Positions 11,264 through 19,645 of a stretch of DNA of 64,000 nt are shown here, one piece after another; position 1 is the stretch's first letter, and every line of letters starts with the position of its first letter. The notes under the pieces were generated by a model. It saw only the letters and a program-made list of their open reading frames with translations, searched no databases and had not been told where the DNA came from. This DNA comes from an uncultured delta proteobacterium (GTDB taxonomy: Bacteria; Desulfobacterota; Desulfomonilia; UBA1062), in contig CAWAUM010000011.1 in NCBI GenBank assembly GCA_963785235.1, forward strand, positions 192,001 through 256,000. The letters run 5' to 3'. Made by a program: the position numbers and the translations under genes.

Positions 11264-12181
11264 GTGAGCATGCTGTTCAAGGTTGCAGGGCTGATCACTG
11301 CATGTATGGCTTTCCTGTGCCCGGCTGCCTTAGGGGCCGAGGCTTCCCAAGGCATGACCTACGCCCAGGCAGTGATTCTGGGCATCACCGAGGGGCTCAC
11401 CGAGTACCTGCCCGTCAGCTCCACCGGTCATTTGTACCTGGTCTCCCGATTGATGGGCCTCGGGTCCCCGGGTGCCGGGAAGGCAGCCACGGATGCCTAC
11501 GTGATCGCCATCCAGATCGGGGCCATCCTGGCGGTGGCGTGGCTCTACCCGAAACGGATCTCCTCCATGGCCCTTGGGTTCCTGGGGCGCGACAAGGCAG
11601 GGCTCTCCCTGGCCCTGAGCACCTGCACTGCCTTTTTGCCTGCAGCCGTTATCGGCATCATCTTCGGGGACCTCATCAAGGCACATCTCTTCGGTCTCTG
11701 GCCCGTCACATGTGCACTGCTGGCAGGGGGTCTGGCCATCCTTGTGGTGGCAAAGCGGGTCCACAGAGGTGCAGGCGAGGGCCTGCACATCGAGAACCTG
11801 AGCATGCGTATGGCGCTGATCATCGGTTTCATCCAGTGCATCGCCATGTGGCCCGGCGTGAGCAGAAGCCTCGTCACCATCTTAGGAGGCGTGCTGGTGG
11901 GGCTATCTGTCCAGGCCGCCGTGGAGTTCAGCTTTCTGTTGGGTCTCATCACTTTAGGCGCCGCCACGTGCTACGAGATCGTCAGGGAGGGGCCCGGAAT
12001 GCTTCTCCAATTTGGGCTGATATCGCCTGTAATCGGCATCGTTACCGCCTTCTTCTCCGCCGTGGCTGCGGTGAAGTGGATGGTCGCCTACCTCAACCGG
12101 CACGGGCTTGAGATCTTCGGGTACTACCGGATTGTGTTGGGTGTGTGTGTCATGGCGCTGATCTTTGCCGGGTTTTTCTGA
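11264..12181 (+). CDS. uppP: Undecaprenyl-diphosphate phosphatase
   Basis: GITEGLTEYLPVSSTGH, IQIGAILAV, PGVSRS, AVEFSFLL. Confidence 0.95.
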   Translation: MSMLFKVAGLITACMAFLCPAALGAEASQGMTYAQAVILGITEGLTEYLPVSSTGHLYLVSRLMGLGSPGAGKAATDAYVIAIQIGAILAVAWLYPKRISSMALGFLGRDKAGLSLALSTCTAFLPAAVIGIIFGDLIKAHLFGLWPVTCALLAGGLAILVVAKRVHRGAGEGLHIENLSMRMALIIGFIQCIAMWPGVSRSLVTILGGVLVGLSVQAAVEFSFLLGLITLGAATCYEIVREGPGMLLQFGLISPVIGIVTAFFSAVAAVKWMVAYLNRHGLEIFGYYRIVLGVCVMALIFAGFF

Positions 12182-12275
12182 AGATAAAGAACTACTGCCA
12201 TGAGCGCTCAACAGAGAGATTTCGATAAGGAGGCTGCGATCAAAGTCGCTTCTGCATAGATCCCGTTTTTCCTGC

Positions 12276-12320
12276 TTGACAGGCCGGCATTATTCCCTCA
12301 TTATTGGCATATGCTAATAA
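12276..12320 (+). promoter_or_regulatory. Sigma70 promoter (TTGACA-17-CATTAT) overlapped by the palindrome TTATTGGCATATGCTAATAA
   Basis: TTGACA 12276-12281, CATTAT 12299-12304, near-perfect 20-bp palindrome 12301-12320 just upstream of the DUF134 gene. Confidence 0.7.
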
Positions 12321-12334
12321 TGGAGTTCAGATAA

Positions 12335-12826
12335 GTGTCCCGCCCCATAAAATGCAGAAGGGTTGGATTCGTCCCTGACGTACTCTACTTCAAACCCGCA
12401 GGCATCCCCATGAGGGACCTGGAGGAAGTGGAGCTGAGCCTGGACGAGCTTGAATCAATCCGCCTGGCTGACCTCGAAGGGATGTACCAGGAAGATGCTG
12501 CCGGATACATGTGCATCTCCAGGCAGACCTTTGCGAATATCCTCACTTCCGCCCGCAATAAGATTGCCGAATGCCTGATACGGGGCAAGGCCCTGCGGAT
12601 AGAAGGGGGCCGTGTGGAGACGAAGGATAGAGAATTCGTATGCATGGATTGCAGTCATGCCTGGAGCCTGCCGTTGGTATCGAAATGCCCGTCTGTCTGT
12701 CCGCGCTGTAATGGGGAGACTATCAGCCGGATGCTTTCCGATCAGGCAAGTGGAACTGGTAAAGGAAACGGCTGTACAAGAAGAAAACGCTGCTGCAGAA
12801 AAAACTCACAGGAGGAACCATCATGA
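12335..12826 (+). CDS. DUF134 domain protein (predicted DNA-binding) with C-terminal zinc ribbon
   Basis: RPIKCRRV..FKPAGIP..ELESIRLADLEG..ISRQTF; CMDC...CPRC. Confidence 0.9.
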   Translation: MSRPIKCRRVGFVPDVLYFKPAGIPMRDLEEVELSLDELESIRLADLEGMYQEDAAGYMCISRQTFANILTSARNKIAECLIRGKALRIEGGRVETKDREFVCMDCSHAWSLPLVSKCPSVCPRCNGETISRMLSDQASGTGKGNGCTRRKRCCRKNSQEEPS

Positions 12827-13191
12827 ACATTTGTATGCCCATAGAAAAAGACGAAGGATTGAACTCGGTGGTGTATGGTCATTTCGGGAGTGCACCGTAT
12901 TTTGCCATCTATAACACCCAGAGCAAGGAAATGGAGGTCATAGACAACGGCAACCTGCACCACACCCATGGGCAGTGCAGCCCCATTGCCGCATTGTCCG
13001 GCAGATCCATAGATGTCCTGGCCACAGGTGGGATCGGCGCAGGGGCCATCGAGCGGTTGCGCACCATGGGGGTAAAGGTCTGCCGGGTGGGTTCCGGAAA
13101 CACCGTAGCCGATATCATCCGGATCCATGAGCAGGATGGATTGAAGGAAGTCCAGGGGAATGATGTGTGCGATCACCACTCCTGTCATTGA
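12823..13191 (+). CDS. NifB/NifX family (FeMo-cofactor-binding-like) protein
   Basis: HFGSAPYF, GGIGAGA, His/Cys-rich tail CDHHSCH. Confidence 0.9.
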   Translation: MNICMPIEKDEGLNSVVYGHFGSAPYFAIYNTQSKEMEVIDNGNLHHTHGQCSPIAALSGRSIDVLATGGIGAGAIERLRTMGVKVCRVGSGNTVADIIRIHEQDGLKEVQGNDVCDHHSCH

Positions 13192-13227
13192 TTCCTTCTG
13201 AAGGAAACTACCTGTCTTTCTCCTTCT

Positions 13228-13253
13228 TGTAACCTTTTACTCACCTGAGCGTT
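13228..13253 (+). promoter_or_regulatory. Putative ECF promoter 1, TGTAACCT-N14-CGTT
   Basis: Same motif and spacing recur at 13745 and 15144, each upstream of a gene of the ECF locus. Confidence 0.75.
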
Positions 13254-13286
13254 CTCATGGTACAACAAAACAAGAAGGAGGAGCAC

Positions 13287-13652
13287 ATGAGAAAATCGGC
13301 AAGATCTGGTTTGGTCACTTTTCCTGGTTCTGATATTCGCCTTCAGCGCCGCCTATGCCCAGGACAGGGACAGGTCAAGGGACAGGGACCGTGACAAGTC
13401 ATGCCTGTCCTATCAATACGAGCAGAAGTCAGGGTTCAGCCTGAGCTGACAACAAGGACAGGACACAGGGACAGGGACAAGGATAAATCCTGTTTGTCGT
13501 ATGACAGGACAAGAGACAGGGACAGAAAACGTGACAAATCCTGCCTGTCTTATCAGGATGAGCAGGGCACAGAGTACAGCCCATTCAACAAGCAGAACAG
13601 GAAACGGGGTGGAGACCGGGACCGGAAGCGCGACGGGTCCTGCGTATCGTAA
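13287..13652 (+). CDS. Secreted low-complexity protein with four RDRD-x-x-D-x-SC repeats (frameshifted in this assembly)
   Basis: AAGGAGGAG RBS; signal peptide ...FLVLIFAFSAAYA-QD; repeats DRDRDKSCLSY, RDRDKDKSCLSY, RDRDRKRDKSCLSY, DRDRKRDGSCVS. Confidence 0.7.
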
Positions 13653-13689
13653 GGAATCATTCCATAGCGGTTCATGAATCGGAACAGGC

Positions 13690-13721
13690 ACAGGGGCGGG
13701 CGATAGAGTCCGCCCCTGTTT
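13690..13721 (+). terminator. Intrinsic terminator-like hairpin
   Basis: ACAGGGGCGGGC-GATAGA-GTCCGCCCCTGT followed by TT. Confidence 0.6.
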
Positions 13722-13744
13722 ACTCAAAGGTAAACTTGCCTTTG

Positions 13745-13770
13745 TGTAACCTTGCGGCTATTCCATCGTT
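13745..13770 (+). promoter_or_regulatory. Putative ECF promoter 2 (autoregulatory, near-leaderless)
   Basis: TGTAACCT-N14-CGTT ending 12 nt before the sigma ATG. Confidence 0.75.
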
Positions 13771-13782
13771 ATAGGGTGAACA

Positions 13783-14262
13783 ATGCAGAGCCATACATCC
13801 ATGTTTGAACAGTACAAGTCCAAGCTCTTTTCCTACCTGATGCGCATGAACGGAAATTACGACCTTTCCCAGGACATCCTCCAGGATACCTTCAGGCGCT
13901 ACCTGGAGCATTACTCAAGCCAGGATGCATCCGCCTCACTGCTGTTCACCATCGCGCGCAACGCCCTGATCGATCACTTTAGAAAAAACCGGTCCCATAG
14001 CCCGCTGGATGAGGAACAACACCATGATCATGGGAATAACGCCGAGCAGCATGTCCTGATAAAAGAAAGTTATAGAAGGATGCTTCATGCATTGAACATT
14101 CTGCCTGAGGAAGAACGGGAGGTGCTCTCGCTTGCCGTTAGCAGCGAGCTGCCATACTCTGAGATCGCCTCCATCATGAACCTGACCGAAGCGAACGTGA
14201 AGGTAAAGATTCACCGGGCAAGACAGAAATTAAAAGAGATCCTCCAAGGAGGTCAGCCATGA
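13783..14262 (+). CDS. ECF RNA polymerase sigma factor
   Basis: Region 2 (DILQDTF, LFTIARNALIDHFRK) and region 4 (YSEIASIMNLTEANVKVKIHRAR) only. Confidence 0.95.
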   Translation: MQSHTSMFEQYKSKLFSYLMRMNGNYDLSQDILQDTFRRYLEHYSSQDASASLLFTIARNALIDHFRKNRSHSPLDEEQHHDHGNNAEQHVLIKESYRRMLHALNILPEEEREVLSLAVSSELPYSEIASIMNLTEANVKVKIHRARQKLKEILQGGQP

Positions 14263-14825
14263 AAGACGAGCTGATCAGTTTGTTCATCGATGACGAGATG
14301 GAACTGGACGAAAAGATAGAATTTGTGGAGCAGGTGTATACGGACGCTGCATTCAAGGCCAGCACCATCGAATTCCTGCAGATGGAGAAAGACATAAGGG
14401 GCGATGTGGTTGCGCAGGTGCCCGAAGTGAGCGTCCCTGCGAGAAAGACCGCACCAAGGGTATTCCGCCCCGTGCATCTTGCTGCTGCTTCTCTGGCCGC
14501 TGCTGCAGCATTACTGTTCTTTCTGTTCTGGCCGGTACGTCAGGGGGCTCCCATGCCGAATGAGCCCTACCGGTTTGTACTCTATCGCCCCGATGTTGCC
14601 GAGGCGGCGATTGCAGGCGACTTCACGGGCTGGGGCCAGGTGCCGCTGCAGCGCATCGGATCGAGCGGCTACTGGGAGATTACCCTGGACCTCCCCAGGG
14701 GTGAGCACCGGTATATATTCATCCTCGGCGGCACAACACGGGTCCCTGATCCCACGGTCATGACACGGGAGAAGGATGATTTCGGGGGTGAAAACTCAAT
14801 CCTCATGACAGGGACCAGCATATGA
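14259..14825 (+). CDS. Putative anti-sigma factor: N-terminal zf-HC2-like helix, one TM, C-terminal glycogen-binding (CBM48/AMPK1_CBM-like) domain
   Basis: LISLFIDDEM, TM AAASLAAAAALLFFLFW, IAGDFTGW, YWEITLDLPRGEHRYIFILGG, DP, DDFGGENSIL. Confidence 0.8.
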   Translation: MKDELISLFIDDEMELDEKIEFVEQVYTDAAFKASTIEFLQMEKDIRGDVVAQVPEVSVPARKTAPRVFRPVHLAAASLAAAAALLFFLFWPVRQGAPMPNEPYRFVLYRPDVAEAAIAGDFTGWGQVPLQRIGSSGYWEITLDLPRGEHRYIFILGGTTRVPDPTVMTREKDDFGGENSILMTGTSI

Positions 14826-15148
14826 AACGCCTGTGCATCCTGCTCTGGGCATTACTTCTACTCACTCAGGGGTGTGCGCACCATAACCTCAAGGTCGCGG
14901 GCGATACCATCACCCTTACCCTCATTGCACCACGATCGGATGACGTGCAGTTTGCATGCTCCCTCGATGGGTTTGTGCCGCACCCGGCCCGCAAGGTGGA
15001 TGACTCAACATGGGAAGTTAAGCTTCCTTCAGCAAGCGAGTTCAGCTATTTCTACCTGGTGGACGGGAAGGTCTTTGCGCCGGAGTGCGCATATACGGAG
15101 CTGGATGATTTCGGATCAAGAAACTGCATGTATGTCCCCGGGATGTAA
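14822..15148 (+). CDS. Lipoprotein with a glycogen-binding (CBM48-like) domain
   Basis: Lipobox TQGC; WEVKLP, YFYLVDG, DDFGSRNC. Confidence 0.75.
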   Translation: MKRLCILLWALLLLTQGCAHHNLKVAGDTITLTLIAPRSDDVQFACSLDGFVPHPARKVDDSTWEVKLPSASEFSYFYLVDGKVFAPECAYTELDDFGSRNCMYVPGM

Positions 15149-15169
15149 CCTCCATGCCCCTGATCCGTT
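15144..15169 (+). promoter_or_regulatory. Putative ECF promoter 3
   Basis: TGTAACCT-N14-CGTT upstream of the 15203 gene. Confidence 0.75.
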
Positions 15170-15202
15170 TATAGCTAAGACATCATTGAAAAGGAGAGAA
15201 TC

Positions 15203-16262
15203 ATGAAGAGGCTGATACCCATTCTATTCATATTGTTCCTGGGCACCTCCGCGGCGTTCGCCGACGCGATAGATGACGGGCTCGGACAGAACACATCCGC
15301 ACAGGTAAGATCGAGCACAAGGGAGATGGTTAAGGTCGGCATCACGGAAAACGATGCCGTTTCCCTTACCCGGACCATGGTCCAGAACAGGTATCAGGAG
15401 CGTCAGATCCTGCAGGTGCACAAGACTATCCGGGAAGCAAAGCTTGCAGGCCTGCCGCCCGAGCCTCTCATGAACAAGCTCCGCGAGGGCATTGCAAAAC
15501 AGGTTCATCCGGAGCGTGTTGCACAGGCCATAGAGCAGACGCGGGGACGGTATGCGTATGCGTATGGAAAGGCAAAGAGCATTGCCCCTGATGAGGGGAA
15601 GGTCTCATCCCTCGGTAATGCCATTGCCGAAGGAATGGCAGCCGGAATGCGCTCAGCAGATGTGGATGCGATCGCCCAAAGACTTCAGGACCGCACACGG
15701 ACCATGGCTACGGACCAGCGCAGCAAGCTCGCCACACAGAGCTTCATGACCGCCAGGGACATGACAAGACAAGGCGTCTCCCCGGCAACAGGGACGGATG
15801 TCGTGTGCCAGGCACTGGAACGTTCGTGGCAATACCGTGATATGGAAAAGCTCAGAAGCTCATTCATGACGCGCGCCCGCCTCGGGGACGTGCAGGGGCT
15901 CGCCATGAGATATTCCCATGCCATCAGGAGCGGTGTTGATTCAAGCCAGATCGATTCGCATCAGGCTCAGGGGATATCCGGACAGGGCGCCAGAAAAGGC
16001 GGAGGATCACAAGGCAGCGGCCAGGGTACGGGACAGGGCGGCCCTGCATCCGGAGGCAAGGGTGGACCTTCAGGCGAAGGGGGGCCGGTTCAGGTGGAGG
16101 GAGTTCATCCGGTGGAAGTGGCGCTTCTGGCGGCGGCAGCGGTTCTTCCGGCAGTGGCTCTTCGGCAGCGGACGGTGGCGGTTCCGGATCTGGCAGCGGT
16201 TCAGGTTCGGGTGCCGGCGAAGCAGTGGTGGTTCCGGAGCGGGAGGCCGAGGTGGTCATTGA
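15203..16262 (+). CDS. Secreted helical protein with a long Gly/Ser-rich tail (frameshifts in the tail)
   Basis: Signal peptide, GLPPEPLMNKLREGIAK core. The tail reads GGGSQGSGQGTGQGG... and continues GSGGGSSSGG...GGRGGH-stop in alternate frames. Confidence 0.7.
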
Positions 16263-16552
16263 GAACAATATGAAAAAAATGCTATTCGTCATGCAAACAA
16301 GGAGGTAATCCTGAAAACAAAGGGGAGAAAGAGTCAGGGAATAGGATTACAGCATGTGGCATATTTCTTCTCCCCCTTCTTTGGTCCTTTACCCCCCCTG
16401 CAGGCTTCGACCCTCAGCTTTACAAAAAAAGAGGAGCTCATATTCTTGCGTTAAATGGGATTCTCTGCATAGTATCCAGGGTGAGATTTGCCAAGGTAAA
16501 GGCGTGCTCTGGCCTGAGTATTATGATCCAGAAGCAGTAGTACTGGCCGGTC

Positions 16553-17242
16553 CTATTCCCCTTCGGAGAGGTCTTCAAGTGCCTTGCGGTCCAGAATAGT
16601 GATCATCTTCCCCTGAACTTCCAGTACGCGATCGTTCTGCATCTTTCTGAGTGCCCGGGAAAGGGCCTCGGGTGTTGATCCGAGTATCTTGGACAGCTCA
16701 CGATGGCTGATGGGCAGCTCAATCCTTTCCCCGTTCCCCTTATTTTCACGGACCTGGGTGAGGATGAGAAATGAGGCCAAACGCTGGGGGATCTCCTTGA
16801 GCGCCAGGGACTCGATGAGTGTCATGGATTCCTTGAGCCGGCGGGATAACACCCTCAGGATGTTCAGGAGGAGCGCGGGCTCTTTCATGACGATCTCCTC
16901 CACTGCTGCGCCTGGAATGGTGAGGATGTCGGACTTTTTCAGAGCCACAGTCTCTGCGGGAAAGTCATGGGTGGCAAAGGCGGTGCACAGACCGAAAGGT
17001 TCCCCTGGCCCTAAAAGGTACAGGGTCTGTTCCTTGCCCTCCATGGAGGTCTTGGAGAGTTTCACCTGCCCTGAAACAACGACAAAGAACGCCTTGACCA
17101 GGTCTGTCTCGGCAATGATCATCTCTCCGGGCTGGTATGTCCCGATGAGAACACGCCGGGAAAGGGCCTCCAGTACTTCATCGGAGAGCCCCTGGAAGAG
17201 TGCTATGTCCTGAATCTGTTTGCGCGTGTCCATAAAAATCAT
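16553..17242 (-). CDS. Crp/Fnr family transcriptional regulator (Dnr/HcpR-like, no N-terminal Cys cluster)
   Basis: cNMP domain SGQVKLSK..GKEQTL..GPGEPFG; HTH ELSKILGSTPEALSRAL. Confidence 0.92.
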   Translation of the reverse strand: MIFMDTRKQIQDIALFQGLSDEVLEALSRRVLIGTYQPGEMIIAETDLVKAFFVVVSGQVKLSKTSMEGKEQTLYLLGPGEPFGLCTAFATHDFPAETVALKKSDILTIPGAAVEEIVMKEPALLLNILRVLSRRLKESMTLIESLALKEIPQRLASFLILTQVRENKGNGERIELPISHRELSKILGSTPEALSRALRKMQNDRVLEVQGKMITILDRKALEDLSEGE

Positions 17243-17244
17243 TC

Positions 17245-17262
17245 CATTGATCTAGATCAATG
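17245..17262. promoter_or_regulatory. Perfect palindromic FNR-type box CATTGATCTAGATCAATG
   Basis: TTGAT-CTAG-ATCAA between the divergent Crp/Fnr gene and trxA. Confidence 0.8.
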
Positions 17263-17366
17263 ACCATACCACTGATCCGACCTATATGTAACATCATGGG
17301 ATGAGGCCTTGTTATCATAAAGAAGAATCCCGGGGCAAAAGAATTCACAGCTGTAAGGAGTGTAAA

Positions 17367-17702
17367 ATGACGGATAAAGAATACGTAACCCATGCCGATG
17401 ACAACACGTTTGATGCCCTTGCCTTAAAGGCTGAAAGCCCGGCCCTGGTGGATTTCTGGGCGCCCTGGTGCGGACCCTGCCGGGCTATCGGGCCGGTTCT
17501 GGAAGAGGTAGCCAGGGAATATGACGGACGGGTGAATGTGGTGAAGGTGAACGTTGACGAGAGCCCTGAGACATCGAGAAAATACGGGGTCAGGAGCATC
17601 CCCACCTTATTGTTCATAAACCGGGGACAGGTCCGGGAGACGCAGATAGGCTCGCTCCCCAAGGCACAACTCACGGCTTTTATAGACAGGAACTTAAAGT
17701 AA
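17367..17702 (+). CDS. trxA: Thioredoxin
   Basis: VDFWAPWCGPC, YGVRSIPTL; AAGGAG RBS. Confidence 0.95.
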   Translation: MTDKEYVTHADDNTFDALALKAESPALVDFWAPWCGPCRAIGPVLEEVAREYDGRVNVVKVNVDESPETSRKYGVRSIPTLLFINRGQVRETQIGSLPKAQLTAFIDRNLK

Positions 17703-17740
17703 TACCCTGTAAACCACAAAGAGAGAAAGGAAGGTCGGCT

Positions 17741-17896
17741 ATGAGCGATTTCTGGATATTCATAATAGCACTGGGTGCCTGGTTCTTTATCCAGACCTGG
17801 CTGCTCCCAAAGCTGGGTGTCCGCACCTGAGCATCGGGACCGGCCTGCCGGGCGGCAGACAAGACAGACCATAAGAAAATAGGACCGAGGGTTTAA
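17741..17896 (+). CDS. Small membrane protein, candidate selenoprotein (51 aa if UGA at 17828 is Sec; 29 aa otherwise)
   Basis: AAAGGAAGG RBS; MSDFWIFIIALGAWFFIQTWLLPKLGVRT-TGA-ASGPACRAADKTDHKKIGPRV-TAA; hairpin CTGCC-GGGC-GGCAG 14 nt after the UGA. Confidence 0.6.
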
Positions 17897-18057
17897 AGAT
17901 GAGATCAGGCCAGGCATCACCTGTGCGGAATTCTACGATGCATGCCTTCGGCCTAACGAATACCATAACCGGTTTGTTTTTTATTTTTATATGACCGTAC
18001 CATTGAATTGTCCGGATACGATCTTATTACATTATTACTTAAAAAAAGGAGGGCATT

Positions 18058-18264
18058 ATGACCAAAAATATGGGGACCGTTGACCGGGTCATCAGGGCAG
18101 TCCTGGCTATTGTTGTTCTTCTCCTGTATCTGGCGGGCGCTATAACCGGTATTGCAGCTGTCATCCTGGGTATCTTTGCTGCGATCTTCATCATCACAAG
18201 CATTGCAGGCTACTGCCCGCTTTATGTGCCCTTGAAGATTTCCACCAGAAAGCATGTTTCATAA
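18058..18264 (+). CDS. DUF2892 (YgaP-like) membrane protein
   Basis: NMGTVDRVIR...GYCPLY. Confidence 0.9.
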   Translation: MTKNMGTVDRVIRAVLAIVVLLLYLAGAITGIAAVILGIFAAIFIITSIAGYCPLYVPLKISTRKHVS

Positions 18265-18289
18265 TGAAAAAACCCTCCAGGAGGTAATC

Positions 18290-19579
18290 ATGAAGAGAGG
18301 TAGTATCATTGTAGCAATGGCATTTCTGGCCAGTATCGGAATAAGCTCAGTCGCCCTTGCCACCAACGGCGACAACCTCATCGGCATCGGGCCCAATGCA
18401 CGCGCCATGGGCGGCGTCGGCATAGCAGCCCCGCAGGACGCCATCAGCTCGGTCTTTGCCAACCCTGCAAGCCTCTGTACAGGCCCCTACTGCCCGTCAA
18501 CATCGTTTGATTTTGCGGGCACGCTCTTTATGCCCCATGTAAAGGCAGAGGTAAGGCATGCCACCTCCACGGTAAAGGACTCGAGCGAGAGTGCCGTTTA
18601 TGCCATTCCGGCTATCGGGATTTCCGTGCCTATTACGGACAAGCTGCCTGTATGGAGGTTCGGCATTGCCGCCTACGGCGTTACGGGTCTCGGCGTGGAT
18701 TACCGGGGCGGGGATCTTGATAACCCCTCGTATTATAATTTCGGGGGAGGGGTCACTGCGCCGCTTATCCAGGGGGATTATACCTCGCTCCAGGTCATGA
18801 AGTTTGCGCCTGCACTGGGCGTGCTGCTCACGGATAAGCTCTCCTTAGGCATGGCCGTTCACATCGACTATGCAATGCTTGATCTCAGAAATGGCACCTC
18901 TCCGGACTATACCGCCGGGGTGCAGTTAGGTCTTATCTTCATGCCCACCGATTTCATCAACCTGGGATTCAGTTACATCACCCCCCAGGAAACCGTCCAT
19001 GACAACATCAACCTCCCCAACCTGGAGAGATTGAAGCTGGAATCACCCCATCAGCTTGGAGCAGGCATCTCCTATGAGATACCGTCTGCCATGAACCTCC
19101 TGGTGGAGACCGATATAAAGTGGCTGAACTGGGCGAATGCCGCAGGCTACAAGGACTTTGACTGGAAAAACCAGTGGGTCTATGCCATCGGGGTGAAGGT
19201 GGAGCCGGTCAAGAAGCTCACCCTCAGGGCCGGATTCAACTATGCCAAGAGCCCTGTTGAAGAGCACGACGGGTTCAACGGCAGCTTCAACCCGGCAACA
19301 GGACAGCCCAACAGTGCGGTCAATGTCCAGGGAACCATATTCCCTGCCTACTACTACGAGACCTTTAGGATCATCGGCTTCCCGGCCGTGGTGGAAAAGC
19401 ATGTGACCTGTGGCGTCGGCTACAGCTTCACTGAGCGATTCTCCATGAACCTGGGCTATATGCACGCCTTTGAAAAGACCATCTCCGAGAGCGGCACCGA
19501 CCCCTTCGGGCAGCCTGTTACCCTGAAATCCAAGCTGAGCGAGGACAGCCTCGACTTCGGGCTCACCTGGTACTTCTAA
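18290..19579 (+). CDS. OmpP1/FadL family outer-membrane channel
   Basis: Signal peptide, ATNG..IGIG..ARAMGG, NPA, terminal aromatic YF. Confidence 0.88.
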   Translation: MKRGSIIVAMAFLASIGISSVALATNGDNLIGIGPNARAMGGVGIAAPQDAISSVFANPASLCTGPYCPSTSFDFAGTLFMPHVKAEVRHATSTVKDSSESAVYAIPAIGISVPITDKLPVWRFGIAAYGVTGLGVDYRGGDLDNPSYYNFGGGVTAPLIQGDYTSLQVMKFAPALGVLLTDKLSLGMAVHIDYAMLDLRNGTSPDYTAGVQLGLIFMPTDFINLGFSYITPQETVHDNINLPNLERLKLESPHQLGAGISYEIPSAMNLLVETDIKWLNWANAAGYKDFDWKNQWVYAIGVKVEPVKKLTLRAGFNYAKSPVEEHDGFNGSFNPATGQPNSAVNVQGTIFPAYYYETFRIIGFPAVVEKHVTCGVGYSFTERFSMNLGYMHAFEKTISESGTDPFGQPVTLKSKLSEDSLDFGLTWYF

Positions 19580-19645
19580 AAGGTGTTGGGTAATAGGTAA
19601 GCTGGGCAGAAGAAAGATACACGGAGTCGAGAAAACAGGAGATTG

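Noticed and set aside
13447-13449. In-frame TGA in the RDRD-SC repeat gene as possible Sec
   Set aside because: Readthrough loses the repeat peptide, which resumes in another frame, and there is no clear hairpin; an indel explains it better.
13360-13650. Tandem GACAGG-rich repeats as a CRISPR array
   Set aside because: Repeats are codon-phased with synonymous variation, have no regular unique spacers, and no cas genes are present.
17287-17314. TGTAACAT...TGTT as a fourth ECF promoter
   Set aside because: Mismatches in both elements and spacing off by one.
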